Below are positions 46,416-59,604 of a DNA stretch of 64,000 bases, piece by piece. The position numbers and the translations under genes were made by a program. Under the pieces are notes generated by a model, which saw only the letters and a list, made by a program, of their open reading frames with translations, was not told the origin of the DNA and did not search any database. The stretch covers positions 6,200,001 to 6,264,000 of the forward strand of contig NC_043018.1 in the NCBI RefSeq assembly GCF_006345805.1. Reading direction: 5' to 3'. The stretch's first letter is position 1; each line of letters starts with the position of its first letter. This stretch comes from Octopus sinensis (taxonomy: Eukaryota).

Positions 46416-46750
46416 AAGGCGCATGGCTCAGTGGTTAGAGTGTCGAGCTTACGATCATGAGGTTGTGAGTTCAAATCCAGGACCAGGCTGCATGTTGTGT
46501 TCTTCAGCAAGACACATTATTTCATGTCGCTCTAGCTCACTCCCCTGTAGAAATGAGTTGCGACGTCACAGGTACCAAGCCGTATTGGCCTTTGCCTTTC
46601 CCTTGGATAACACTGGTACCACGAGGAGGGGAGGTCAGTATGCATGGGCAACTGCTGGTCTTCCATAAACAACCTGGTCCAGACTTGTACATGGGAGGGT
46701 AACTTTCTAGGTGCAATCCCATGGTCAGTCATGACCGAAGGGGATCTCAG
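46416..46750 (+). mobile_element. tRNA-derived SINE
   Basis: GGCGCATGGCTCAGTGGTTAGAG A box, GAGTTCAAATCC B box. Confidence 0.8.
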
Positions 46751-46762
46751 TATATATATATA

Positions 46763-46793
<31 letters not shown>

Positions 46794-46794
46794 T

Positions 46795-46837
<43 letters not shown>

Positions 46838-46941
46838 TTAAATAGATAGATAGATAGATAGATAGATAGTAGATATGTATCTATGTATACACACACACAA
46901 ACACACACACACGCACACACACACACATACACACGTATATA

Positions 46942-47500
46942 CACTACCGTCAGAAATTAATTAGCACCCTTGATTTGCTCACCATGAAGCATGGTGGGGG
47001 TGGTCTGATGGTGTGAGGGGCGTTCAGCTACAGTGGTGTTGGGCGGCTCTATGCCGTCGAAGGCAACATCAATGCAGCAAAGTACGTTGAGATAGTACGG
47101 GATACCTCTTTGGTGGCAAGGAGTACGTGCTGGCCAGTCACCTGACCTGAACCCTATTGAGAACCTCTGGAGTCGATTGGGTAGGGATTTGAATGTGCAG
47201 CAATACAGGAACCGACACGAGCTGTTTGGGGCACTTCTTTGGGGCCATCCCTGCACAGTACCTGCAGGCACTCATAGACAGCATGCCGACCCGCGTAGCA
47301 GCTGTCATTGCTGCCAAAGGAGGAGCAACAAGATATTGACTAAATTTCACGATTAATAACAATTATGTGGTGTACTGGGATATGTTTTAATAAATTTTTG
47401 ATTAAAAACGAGTTCGTTTCTGATAATAAGTTAATTAAATTAAGAAAATGTAAGAAAATGTAGAAATTTGAGAAGTGCTAATTAATTTCCGACGCAAGTG
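46942..47500 (+). mobile_element. Internally deleted Tc1 element with both TIRs
   Basis: TA|CACTACCGTCAGAAATTAATTAGCAC ... GTGCTAATTAATTTCCGACGCAAGTG|TA; TMKHGGG..MV.G, SPDLNPIENLW, SMPTRVAAVIAAKGGATRY. Confidence 0.92.
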
Positions 47501-47675
47501 TACATATGTATCTATATACATATATAGGCACAGGCATGTTAGCTTTAGGAGATTCTCATGCCTCTTAAGATTATCTCCTCTTCTCAAGTGGATCTCATTT
47601 TAATTGCCATTTGGTAATTAAGATGTATCTTCTAGAGGCGGAGATAATTTTAATAAATCCGGAATTTATATTACA

Positions 47676-48073
47676 CTAGCTGTATCGCCCGGCGTTGCTC
47701 GGGTTTGTAAGGGAAATAACTATATAAGCATTTTTAGAGAGTTATAGCCAAAAAATAGCAAAAAAATGCATTAAAAATGGAAAAAAAATGATGGTAAATT
47801 TTTTTTTAAATCATTGACTCATCATAGACATTTTTAGAGAGTTACTTCCCTTATATAATAGCGAAAAAATGCATTAAAATGGAAAAAAATGATGGTAAAT
47901 TTTTTTTTAAATCGTAGACTCATCGTAGACGTGCGCTAATACCCAGAAGGGCTCGATAGGATTCACGACTATAAGATACCCGGTTTTGGTTAAACTGCAC
48001 CGCAAAATGTGGGAGTAGTTAAGAATCTAAATTGTAGGAGACAGACACACAACTTCACTTTTATATATAAAGA
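47676..48073 (-). mobile_element. Complete non-autonomous Helitron (398 bp) with internal ~110-bp duplication
   Basis: Minus strand A|TCTTTATATATAAAAG start, CCCGAGCAACGCCGGG hairpin, CTAG|T end; no TSD. Confidence 0.88.
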
Positions 48074-48109
48074 TATTTGATATTCTTGTATTTGTCTATC
48101 ACCATCATC

Positions 48110-48117
48110 ATTATCAC

Positions 48118-48176
<59 letters not shown>

Positions 48177-48468
48177 CCATCCTCATTTGTCTATTTTAAC
48201 GTACGCTTTCCATGCTAGCATGGGTTGGACGAATGACTGAGGGCTGGTGAAATCGGATGGCTGCACCAGGCTCCAATCTTGATCTGGCAGAGTTTCTACA
48301 GCTGGATGCCCTTCCTAATGCCAACCACTCCGAGAGTGTAGTGGATGCTTTTACGTGCCACTGGGATGGAGGCCAGATAGCCACTCTGGCAATGATCATG
48401 CACGGATGGTGCTCTTAATACCCTACTAGCAAGGGGCTCGAGTGCCAGTAAGGCGATGCTGGTAACGG

Positions 48469-48470
<2 letters not shown>
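48110..48470 (-). mobile_element. RTE 3'-end-derived repeat, long (ATC)n tail
   Basis: Reverse-complement core motif. Confidence 0.8.
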
Positions 48471-48527
<57 letters not shown>

Positions 48528-48758
48528 AATGTACAATTCAGGTCTGCGTAATATACAAATACATATTCATGCACACACACACACACACACGCATGCACGC
48601 ACGCACACACACACACACACACACACATTCACATATATATGTGTGTATATACATATACATATCTACATATAGATTTGTGTAAGTATGCATATGTGTACAT
48701 ACATATTGATATAAATATATGTATTTGTGTATGTATGTATGTATGTACGTATGCATGT

Positions 48759-48799
<41 letters not shown>

Positions 48800-48804
<5 letters not shown>

Positions 48805-49925
48805 TGAACATCAATTGAATTTGTATCTTTGTGGTACCAGTGCCGGTGGCACACAAGAATCCATCCGAACGTGGCCGTAGTCAGTACCGCATCACTGGCC
48901 ATCGTGCTGTGGGCACATAACAAACACCATCCGATCGTGGCCGTTCGCCAGCCTCATCTAGCACCTGTGTCGGTGGCACATAAAAACACCATCCGAAGAC
49001 CCGGCAAGACTAGTCAGGCCATAACCCATGGCCCCTACCTGGGACGTAGTCAGTCCACCTGTGCATACCTTCCTCCTTGTGATACTTGTGAAGGCCTGTT
49101 GAGGCAAGTGAAAATCAAAATGAAATCAAAACAAATCAAATCAAATCAAATCAAAACAAATCAAAATAGATGAACATTAATGGAATTGTATCTTTGTGGT
49201 ACCAGTGCCGGTGGCACACAAGAAAACATCCGAACGTGGCCGTAGCCAGTACCGCACCGACTGGCCTCCGTGCTGTGGGCACGTAACAAACACCATCCGA
49301 TCGTGGCCGTTCGCCAGCCTCATCTGGCACCTGTGTCGGTGGCACATAAAAACACCATCCGAAGACCCGGCAAGACTAGTCAGGCCATAACCTGTGGCCC
49401 CTACCTGGGACGTAGTCAGTCCACCTGTGCATACCTTCCTTCTTGTGACACTTGTGAAGACCTGTTGAGGCAAGTGAAAATCAAAACAAATCAAAATAGA
49501 TGAACATCAATGGAATTTGTATCTTTGTGGTACCAGTGCCGGTGACACGTGGCACACAAGAAAACCATACGAATGTGGCCGTAGCCAGTACCGCATCGAC
49601 TGGCCTCCGTGCTGTGGGCACGTAACAAACACCATCCGATCGTGGCCGTTTGCCAGCCTCATCTGGCACCTGTGTCGGTGGCACATAAAAACACCATCCA
49701 AGCTTGGCCGTCTGCCAGCCTCGTCTGGCACCTGTGTCGGTGGCACATAAAAAACACCATCCGAGCGTGGCCGTTTGCCAGCCTCGTCTGGCACCTGTGT
49801 CGGTGGCACATAAAATCACCCACTACACTCTCGGAGTGGTTGGCGTTAGGAAGGGCATCCAGCTGTAGAAACACTGCCAGGGAAAGCGGACGTTAAATGA
49901 TGATGATGATGATGATGATGATGAT
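48800..49925 (+). mobile_element. 5'-truncated copy of the RTE at 1-5300 (3' UTR only): ~340-bp repeats, then ~60-bp repeats, terminal core and (GAT)n
   Basis: Near-identical reverse complement of ~430-1110; the terminal part is partly deleted. Confidence 0.9.
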
Positions 49926-50017
49926 ATACACACACACACATATGCATGCATTTACATATATTCATATTTGATATTTATCTGTGGTTTAATAACAGTGTAA
50001 ACGCAAAATCTATAATA

Positions 50018-50065
<48 letters not shown>

Positions 50066-50263
50066 TAATAATGATAATAATGATAATAATGATAATAACA
50101 ATCCTAATAAAAATGATTCCAGCAGAACCAGGAGAGACAAGAACTAAACGTTCATAGCTTTTAAATGTATTTATTGTTGCCTCTTAATTGTTACACATGT
50201 GCATCATAACAATGCTTCCATGTCAATGGATACATCCTGCTGCTGTTGCTGCTGCTGCTGCTG

Positions 50264-50299
<36 letters not shown>

Positions 50300-50308
50300 A
50301 TAATAATA

Positions 50309-50349
<41 letters not shown>

Positions 50350-50581
50350 GTAATAATAATAATAATAATAATGGTAATAATAATGGTAATAATAGTAATA
50401 GTAATAATAATAATAATAATGGTAATAATAATAATAATAATAATGGTAATAATAATAATAATAACGGTAATAATAATAATAACAATAATAATAATAATAA
50501 TGGTAATAATAATAATAAATAATAATAATAATAATGATAAAGATAATAATAATATAATAATAATAATATATAATAATAATA

Positions 50582-50644
<63 letters not shown>

Positions 50645-50676
50645 GTAATAATAATAATAATAATGATAATAATAAC

Positions 50677-50735
<59 letters not shown>

Positions 50736-50756
50736 TACTAATAATAACAATAATAA

Positions 50757-51200
50757 TGCCAATACACACAGATAGAGAAATTAAGGCCAACAGACCAGAT
50801 ATAGTTGTCAGAGACCATGAAGAAAAAAAATGCTTTCTAATTGATGTATCAATACCGGCTGATGACAACGTGTCTCTAAAAGAAATGGAGAAACTCTCAA
50901 AATACAAAGACCTGGAAATAGAGGTAACTAGAATGTGGAATCTGAAAACAGAAACAATTCCTATCATAGTAGGTGCATTAGGCATGATAAAAAAATATTC
51001 AGACAAATACATAACAAAAACACCAGGACTTACAAACACATATAACATACAGAAAATTGCATTACTAGGCACTGCACACATCCTACGCAGAACACTTTCC
51101 ATACAATAACCATCAGAGCATCACAACAAATCACAGCACATACCCAAGGCACACGGAGCTGCGCTCAGTGGTGAAGTGAAAGCACACTATAAAAATAAAA
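50757..51200 (+). mobile_element. R4/Dong-clade LINE 3' end (restriction-like endonuclease domain)
   Basis: PIHTDREIKANRPDIVVRD..LIDVSIP..EKLSKYKDL..IVGALG..ALLGTAHILRRTL; AAT arrays on both sides. Confidence 0.9.
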
Positions 51201-51368
51201 CTACTGAATAATAATAATATAATAATATAATAATAATAATAATAATAAATAATAAATAAAATAATAATAATAATAATAATAATAATATAATAATAATATA
51301 ACAATAATAATAACATAATAATAATAATAATAATAAATAATAATAACAATAATAATAACAACAACAAC

Positions 51369-51424
<56 letters not shown>

Positions 51425-51425
<1 letters not shown>

Positions 51426-51971
51426 TGCCCTGATGCAGTACCAGGCAGTGGCTCTCGTGGCTTCTGATCTTAACTGATTGGAAGTGTTATCATGTACATT
51501 GTTTTGCCTTGGTATAAAAGATGGGCTACAGCAAATATTCTGCTCAATACCACAGATTTGCTTGTCAGTTGTTTGACCGTAACCAGTTGAGCATGTCCCT
51601 TAGTGGCTGACGATATGTGCATCTCTGATCACGAGCAGAAGTACTGGGGGAGCATCATAGCCATGTGTTGAGAGGGATTCTTTGGGGTTTGAATAATTCA
51701 TCCTGGAAACATGGGTGGTTCTTTCAACATCCTTAAACGACCCTTATTCAGGGACCGTTTGAGCGGGATGGGCTACTCAACCTGAAGAAATTTCTAACTG
51801 GGCCCCACCTGCAAGGTCATGCACTGTTTATCTTGATATGAGATCATCATGTCACGCACATATGGTTGTGATGCATGTGCCTGGTGTACCCTTATCAGAC
51901 GGGTAGTCATGATGGGTATATTGGGCTTCGTATATTGTACCCCAGTGTCACTTTGATGGCATGAACTGCTC
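51425..51971 (+). mobile_element. ~550-bp non-coding insert embedded in (AAT)n; probable non-autonomous retroposon
   Basis: Complex sequence starts and ends directly in AAT tracts; no ORF; no tRNA-like head seen. Confidence 0.55.
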
Positions 51972-52088
51972 TCTCACTCAATAATAATAATAATAATGAT
52001 AATAATAATAACAATAATAATAACAATAATAATAATAATAATAACAATAATAATAACAATAAAAATAATAATAATAATAATAATAATA

Positions 52089-52135
<47 letters not shown>

Positions 52136-52160
52136 TAATAATAATAACAATAATAATAAC

Positions 52161-52247
<87 letters not shown>

Positions 52248-52389
52248 TAATAACAATAATAATAATAATAATAATAATAAATAATAATAATAATAATAAT
52301 ACTGCTTCTGTTCTGCTGCTAATGTTTGGTTTCCCTGTTAATATTGAAATTCTGTTTGTATCTGCTTTGCTTTCCATACTGTTCGTTCA

Positions 52390-52929
52390 GGTGCCCATAT
52401 GGCTAAGTGGTTAACAAGTTTGCTTCCTGACCAGGTGGACTTCAGGTTCACTTCTTCGGCACGGCACCTTACTTTGGTCATGTGTTTCCTACTATAGCTC
52501 CAGACTGACCAAAGCTTGTGAGATGTGGAAACATATATATTATATTCATTCTTTTTATTCTTTTACTTGTTTCAGTGATTTGAGTGTGGCCATGCTGGAG
52601 CACCGCCTTTAGTCGAGCAAATCGACCCCGGGACTTATTCTTTGTAAGCCCAGTACTTATTCTATCAGTCTCTTTTGCCGAACCGCTAAGTGACGGGGAC
52701 GTAAACACACCAGCATCGGTTGTCAAGCAATGCTAGGGGGACAAATAGAGACACACAAACAAACACACACACATACATATATGTTTCCGTCTACCAAATC
52801 CACTCACAAGGCATTGGTCGGCCCGGGGCTATAGCAGAAGACACTTGCCCAAGGTGCCACACAGTGGGACTGAACCCAGAACCATGTGGTTGGTTAGCAA
52901 GCTACTTACCACACAGCCACTCCTGTGCC

Positions 52930-52972
<43 letters not shown>

Positions 52973-52992
52973 TAGATATATATAATATATAT

Positions 52993-53051
<59 letters not shown>

Positions 53052-53340
53052 TTTTATTCTTTTACTGTTTCAGTCATTTGAATGTGGCCATGCTGGAGCA
53101 CCGCCCTGAAGGGGTTTAGTCAAACAAATCGATCCACAAGACTTGTTTTTAAGCCTAGTACTTATTCTATTGGTGCCTTTTGGTGAACTGCTAAGTTATG
53201 GGGATGTAAAAACACCAACACTGGTGTCAAGTGGTGATGGGGGGACAAACACAGACACCCCACACATACACACATATGATGTGTTTCTTTCAGTTTCCAT
53301 CTACCAAATCCACTCACAAGGCTTTGGTTGGCCCAAGGCT
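52390..53340. mobile_element. SINE family A cluster (52390-52530 plus fragment; 52545-52930 minus; 53050-53340 minus)
   Basis: Family motifs. Confidence 0.8.
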
Positions 53341-55455
53341 ATAATAATAATAATGGAATTATTGTATACAGTGCTCAGGTGCACCACAACTTGTCAGAAA
53401 GTGCATATAAAGTACATGCAGTAATGTAGAAATGTCTGGAAAGCGAACAATGTATGAGTCAGATACATGCTTGTGTGAGTATGGAGGGGAGAAAATCAAG
53501 TGTAGTGTTGGCGAATCTCAGGAAGCATGGAAGTTTTGAAGGATGCAGTGCTCCGACAATTAACAACTGATGCCGGCAGTTTGTTCCATGCTTCAGCAAC
53601 TCTCAGCGTGAAAAAATGTTTCCTGAAGTCATGGGAGCTGTGCTGTTTTCTTACTTTGTAAATATGTCCACGGGTGTTAGATGGGTGGAAGTTTGAAAAG
53701 GTGCTCAGAGTTATTGTTTGTACGATGGTTGATAATTTTATGGGTGTCTGCCAAGTCAGCTGCCAGACGTCGGAGTTTCAATGTGTCCATGCCCAGGGAA
53801 GTAAGGTGTTCAGGATATGGCAAATGCCTGATAGAGGGTATTCTTTTGGTTGCAGGTCGCTGAACAGCTTCCAGACAATTGATATCCTGGGCAAGATAGG
53901 GGTTCCAGACCGGTGATGCAAATTCCAGGTGAGGTCTTACCATAGCTATATAAAGCCGCAGATTGATAGCCGGAGAGCGGCTCACAAAGGATTTGGTGAG
54001 TGATGCCAAGACACCCTCAGCCTTCTTCACAATTTTAGCGATGTGTTTTGTCCAACGCAAATCACTGTCGACAATAACACCCAGGTCACGTTCACATGAA
54101 GACTTTTTGAGACTAGTGTTGTGGAGGGAGTTAGGTGGACGCTGGGTTTCTCCTCCCAAAATGCATGGTGGTACATTTGTCCACAGCCAGCTTGAGTTGC
54201 CAGTCCATGATCCACTGCTGCATTGTGTCCAGGTCTGCTTGCAATAGAGATCTATAGTGTACAGGATCTGACCTCTTTATTTCGAGGTACAGCTTGATGT
54301 CATCTGCATATGCCAGCACTGTGGCATTCTTTAAGTTGGCATCTATGTCATTAACATATGCAACAAATAAAAGGGGGCCGAGAACAGATCCCTGTGGTAC
54401 ACCAGATGTCATCTCATAGGGCGAAGAGTGCTGTCCTAGAACTGTGACAACCTCTTTTCGGCCGAAAATAAAGGACTTTAACCAGTTATAGAGTTCGTCT
54501 CTTACACCCAACGCAGAAAGCTTCACCATAGGTCTTTTGTGTGGCACAGAGTTAAAAGCCTTAGCAAAGTCCAGGTAAACAACATCCACCCAGGTCCGCG
54601 ATCAGTGATTTGGGTAACGTCCTCAAGAAACTCGATGAGTTGATTACAGGAGCTGGAGTTAGGAATAAATCCGAATTGTGACGGCTGGATGAGGCTGTGA
54701 GACTTCCAGAAGTTCCAGAGGGTTTCTCTGATACAGGATTCCATCAGTTTGGCGATGCAGCTAGTAAGACTGACAGGGCGATAGTTGACAGGCGATGTGC
54801 GGTCGCCTTTTTTGAACAGAGGGATGACACTGGCAGTTTTCCACTGTTCTGGAATAACACCATTGTCAAGACAGAATTGGAAGAATAGAGAAAGTTGGCT
54901 TAGAAGAAAGTACCCACTGCGTTTGAGAAGTAGGTGTGTAACACCATCGAGACCAGGAGAGGCATAATTGCGTTTATTCTTAAGGTGGCGTTGCAGCATT
55001 GCTGGTGTAAATTGTATAGTAGATATAGAGTCCGATGTCAGTGGTGATGAAGATGGAACATTATGGTCTTCGACAGTAAAGATGCCGGCATAGCATCCAG
55101 CAATGATTTCTGCACATTCTTCGGGATTGCCAGTAATCTGTCCTGTGTGGGGATTGCGAAGGGGACCAACAGGAGAGTGGGGTCTCTGCTTTGAGTGCGC
55201 ATACTTCCAGAACACTTTGCTGTCAGGGTTAGCTGCAATGCGTTGTTCAAATTCAAGCACTGCCTTTTTTGTCACCTGCTTGAGGTGGTTGGCTGACCTA
55301 TTGCGCTTTTTCCTGTTGCTCTCTGATTTGTGCAATTTGTATTCCCGTTCAGCATTACGGCGTTCTTTCCTGGCAAGTCGGACTGCTGCAGTCTCCCAGA
55401 TTGCACTATTGGGTGGTTTTTTGTGCTTGCGTGGTACTGATGCTGCACATGCTGC
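53341..55455 (-). mobile_element. 5'-truncated CR1-clade LINE (RT and C-terminus), frameshifted, (ATT)n tail
   Basis: FKKGDRTSPVNYRPVSLTS, LDFAKAFNSVPH, SGVPQGSVLGPLLF, AYADD, ERDLGV, VRPHLEFASPVWNPY. Confidence 0.95.
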
Positions 55456-55949
55456 CCATATTGTAGAAGACACTTGCCCAAGGCGCCATGCAGTGGGACT
55501 GAACCCAGAACTATGTGGTTTGTAAGCAAGCTACTTACCACACAGCCACTCCTTTGCCTAATAAAAACTTCCCATCAAAATTTCATGTTAATTTATGTTC
55601 CAAAGAACAGTTTGATAATGACAAAGTAAAAAGGGTTTCCACAATAACCTAGACACAAGTAAGTGAATTTCTAATTTATCCCCTAAAGAAACAAGTCCGT
55701 GCAAATCAGTGGCTTCTGTCACTGGGACTGTGATTAGATTAAGGTACCTGAGTTTGATTCAGACCAGAGCTTCCTACTGCCAAGCCTTTTAGTTGCCTCT
55801 TAGGACATGTAGGTGAAGGTATATGGCCTAAAAGTTAAGCTATTGCACTCATGGTCACAAGATGATGGCTTTGATTCTGAGACTGGATGGTGTGTTGTGT
55901 TCTAGGGCAAAACACTTCATTTCATGTGGCTCCTGTCCACTTGGCTGTA

Positions 55950-56175
55950 AATATATTTCTTTACTACCCACAAGGTGCTAAACACAGAGGGGACAAACAA
56001 GGACAGACAAAGGGATTAAGTCGATTACATCGACCCCAGTGCGAAACTAGTACTTATTTATCGACCCCGAAAGGATGAAATGCAAAGTCGACCTCGGTGG
56101 AATTTGAACTCAGAACATAACGACAGACGAAATATGGCTACACATTTCACCCGGCGTGCTAACGATTCTGCCTGT
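55950..56175 (-). mobile_element. tRNA-derived SINE family B (preceded by a SINE head fragment at 55830-55950)
   Basis: Same body as 10150-10390. Confidence 0.8.
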
Positions 56176-56329
56176 AAATAGACAAACCTGTGATGAACTG
56201 AATTTCATGATGAAGTTAAGTTCATCCCCATCACCCAAGAAGGTGGGTTCAACTTCATTTCTGAAGATGAAGTAGATATTAACGAAACTGTGATCGTTGA
56301 AGATGCTTTGGGGGCTTTTGTCAGGTTCT

Positions 56330-57730
56330 GAATATGAATTGGAAGAAAGTACATGTACTTTACATGAAAGGAAGTTTGAATGATCTTGTAAGGAACTTAA
56401 AACAACCAAAAGATAAGACAGGGTTTTTTGCCTCTTGTCTGAAAGAAAGAAACCTAAAGAAAGTAATGAAATTTTGATTTAGCAGTTTATTTCAGAGTGG
56501 ATGGTCTTCTCAGTTACTGACATGAGTTTAATGGACATTTCACAAGTTTACCTGAAAGACACATTGTAAGCGGATAGTGGCTTATTATTGATTCAGTCTG
56601 ATTTAAAAGCTGTTTTACTGCATAATGGAAATTTAAACCCATCTCTCCCTACCGTTTATTCATCGCATTTAAAAGAAGCTTATGTTAACACAGATCCCTT
56701 TTAATACCATTCAATGCAACGATCAACAAAGGAATCTCAGTGAAGATCTTAAAGTAATTGCCATGTCAATAGGTATGCAAAGGGAATTCGCTAACTTTTA
56801 CTGCTTTCAGTCTTAGTGGGATAGTTTTGTTATTACAGAATATTATAAAAGAAGAGAACCACCCACTCAATCTTTATGTATTCTTGCGAGAAATAACAAC
56901 CAGCCAGTTCCTTTTGGTGATTCAAAGAAAACGTTTTTCTGTTTTTACGATCACTTCACATTAAGCTTGGTATAATGAAAATATTCATTAAGACCAAAAG
57001 AAAACAACAACAAAAATAACACACAAAAAAGAAGCAAAAACAAAACATGATCGCATACAGTTTCAGTTTCTCTTAGAAATATTTCCAAAATTAAGTGCTG
57101 TGGAAATTGAAGACGGAATTTTTGTAGAACCTGAAATTCCAGTGTTTATCAAACGATGTAAACTTTTGATGAACCACTTGAAGTACTTGATAGACTTTCG
57201 AAAGGGCCTGTACTAACTTTTTGGATCTTTTCGGTTTGAACGGCAGTTTTTAACATAATTTCTAGGTAACTAAAAAATTTTAAACTTCGTATACTGGTAG
57301 AATGTGTTTATAAAACATCTTTTTCTCTTGGCTTTATTGAGAAAATTCTATGGTTTGTAAGATACTTGTTGTTTTTTTTCTTCAATTTCTGCAATTTCAA
57401 CCAATCGGTGACGTCTATTGAGGTGAAAGCATTCTGTGCCGTATGAATATGTCCCTCGTTTAAGAAACAGATTGGGTTTATTTACATTTGTGAAGAAAAA
57501 AAAATACCCTTCTCCCCACCCCTAACCTTAACCCTAAAACAGATTGAAATGCAATCGATCGATACTAGGGTCATAATTATGGGTGACAATTTCATATGAC
57601 ACCGCTAGAAAAAACTGCCGTTCAAACCGAAAAGATTCAACTTTTTCAGAAATTACAAGTCTCTTTCTTTCTGAAATGTTATTGGTGGAGAAACTGATTG
57701 TGGCTTTCATAGATGTAGATTGTTGTATAT
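56330..57730 (+). pseudogene. Decayed DNA-transposon transposase, Chapaev/CMC-like (family assignment tentative)
   Basis: LNDLVRNL..ASCLKERN, LKAVLLHNGN..PSLP, EDLKVIAM..GMQG, LHIKLGIMK, GIFVEPEI, ACTNF|FRNYK (split by a MITE). Confidence 0.6.
57223..57638. mobile_element. MITE with ~29-bp TIRs and 8-bp TSD
   Basis: AACTTTTT|GGATCTTTTCGGTTTGAACGGCAG ... CTGCCGTTCAAACCGAAAAGATTC|AACTTTTT. Confidence 0.9.
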
Positions 57731-57915
57731 CTTTTACCTACATTTCTTATATATACACCTGACAAAGTGAATATAAGCAGTGGTGACAAAGAAGGGAAGC
57801 CAAGGTGTATGCTGAAAGTGAACAACCAAATCAACAAGTAGGTATCATCCATCAACTACCTTGGAATTTTGATCACAGAAGATATGTGTGTGGAGATGAA
57901 AAGATGAATAGCGCT

Positions 57916-58131
57916 GAAAGATGAAAAGAGGCGCGGGAGTGGCTGTGTGGTAAGTAGCTTGTTTACCAACCACATGGTTCCGGGTTCAGTCCCACTGTGT
58001 GGCACCTTAAGCAAGTGTCTTCTACTATAGCCTCGGGCCGACCAAAGCCTTGTGAGTGGATTTGGTAGACGGAAACTGAAAGAAGCCTGTCGTATATATG
58101 TATATATATATATATGTATATATATATTATG

Positions 58132-58195
<64 letters not shown>

Positions 58196-58420
58196 TGTGT
58201 GTGTTTGTGTATCTGTGTTTGTCCCCCTAGCATTGCTTGACAACCGATGCTGGTGTGTTTAGGTCCCCGTTACTTAGCGGTTCGGCAAAAGAGACTGATA
58301 AAATAAGTACTGGGCTTACAAAGAATAAGTCCTGGGGTCGATTTGCTCGACTAAAAGGCGGTGCTCCAGCATAGCCGCAGTCAAATGACTGAAACAAGTA
58401 AAAGAGTAAAAGAGTAAAAG
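57916..58420 (+). mobile_element. tRNA-derived SINE family A
   Basis: Full-length family copy; AGCGCTG repeated on both flanks. Confidence 0.9.
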
Positions 58421-58816
58421 AGCGCTGGCAAAATCTGCATCCTGAAAATTGCATAACATCTTGAGAAATTGTACTCTGAGCATCAAGACCAGGATCTTGA
58501 TATTGAACTGCTATCTGTATTCTATGTTTAATTTAAGTGAGGTATAGTCTATAACATAAGAGATGAGAATGTGATTGCGGAGCTGTTAAAAATGGTTCTT
58601 AAGGATAGGATGGACAAAGTGTCTAATGAAGAAGTGATGACCAGAGCTGCAGTAAATAGGAAACTGCTATACGAGATAAGGGTCAAACAACTAAGATTTT
58701 TTAGTCATGTGATGAGGAAAAAGGACCCAGGGAATTTAGCAATGACTGGGAAGATTGAAAGGAAAAGACGTAGAGGAAAAAGAAGGATGATATGGATGTC
58801 AATTGGAAGAAAGAGG

Positions 58817-59125
58817 TTCCCGGTTTTTGTTCCTTCTCGAGCCACGCCTGGCACATAAGGGCCGGTTTCCTGGTTTCATTGGCATATAGGTTCCCCACCT
58901 GGACGGGATGCCAGTCCGTCACAGGTGAGGTGCAAGATGCAGGAGGAAATAGTGAGAGAAAGTTGTGGCGAAAGAGTCAGCAGAAGTTCACCATTACCTT
59001 CTGCCAGAGCCGCGTGGAGCTTAGATGTTTCGCTCATAAACACACATATCGGCCGGTCTGAGATTCAAACCAGCAATCCCTCGACTGCGAGTCCACTGCT
59101 CTAACCACTAGGCCATGTGCCTCCA
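58817..59125 (-). mobile_element. tRNA-derived SINE with 10-bp TSD
   Basis: AAGAAAGAGG at 58807-58816 and 59126-59135; head GGAGGCACATGGCCTAGTGGTTAGAG. Confidence 0.88.
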
Positions 59126-59604
59126 AAGAAAGAGGCATTAAACATAAGGAATTGGAACTGCTGCAGAAAGCAAAGAAGAAAGAATCGTGCCAGGACATGA
59201 TCACCGATATCTTACATTTTGGATATGACAGCTAAAGAAAGAAGATATTCACACCTAGAACTTTTTGGTTCAGTCTGTGAAATAACAGAAGAGAATTTCT
59301 TAAATCTATAGAAATGTCAGAGTAGAAAGATTTAAACTTGGAATTCAAAGAACCAGAGCAAATATAGCACAAATTGTTTATAATCTTCGACAGTCTTTGA
59401 GCTGGTCATTGCTTAAAGGGGTAGGTACGTAGGGTCTGGTCATCAGATCTAGGTGGAGATTTCAGACTTGGAGTCTTCAGGACCACAGCTGAACCGGTTC
59501 TGCTGTGTGGCTCAGGGGCCTGGACTTGTCGGGGAGGCTTGGGGGGCGGTTGGATGGGGCTTGCGCTTGCCTCCTTGTGGGAACTCTGGATCTCTTGTGG
59601 AAGC

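Larger units (their letters stand above)
50020..52300. repeat. (AAT)n microsatellite field hosting two inserts (blocks 50020-50100, 50270-50757, 51200-51424, 51972-52300)
   Basis: Direct inspection. Confidence 0.95.
57760..59235 (+). mobile_element. Old RTE (BovB-like) LINE 3' fragment interrupted by two SINEs
   Basis: INYLGILITED, NILRN..SIKTRI, DKVSNEEVMTRA..QLRFFSHVMRK..TGKIE; resumes at 59126. Confidence 0.75.

Noticed and set aside
57520-57537. Telomere-like CCCTAA repeats
   Set aside because: Only three imperfect units, internal to a MITE.
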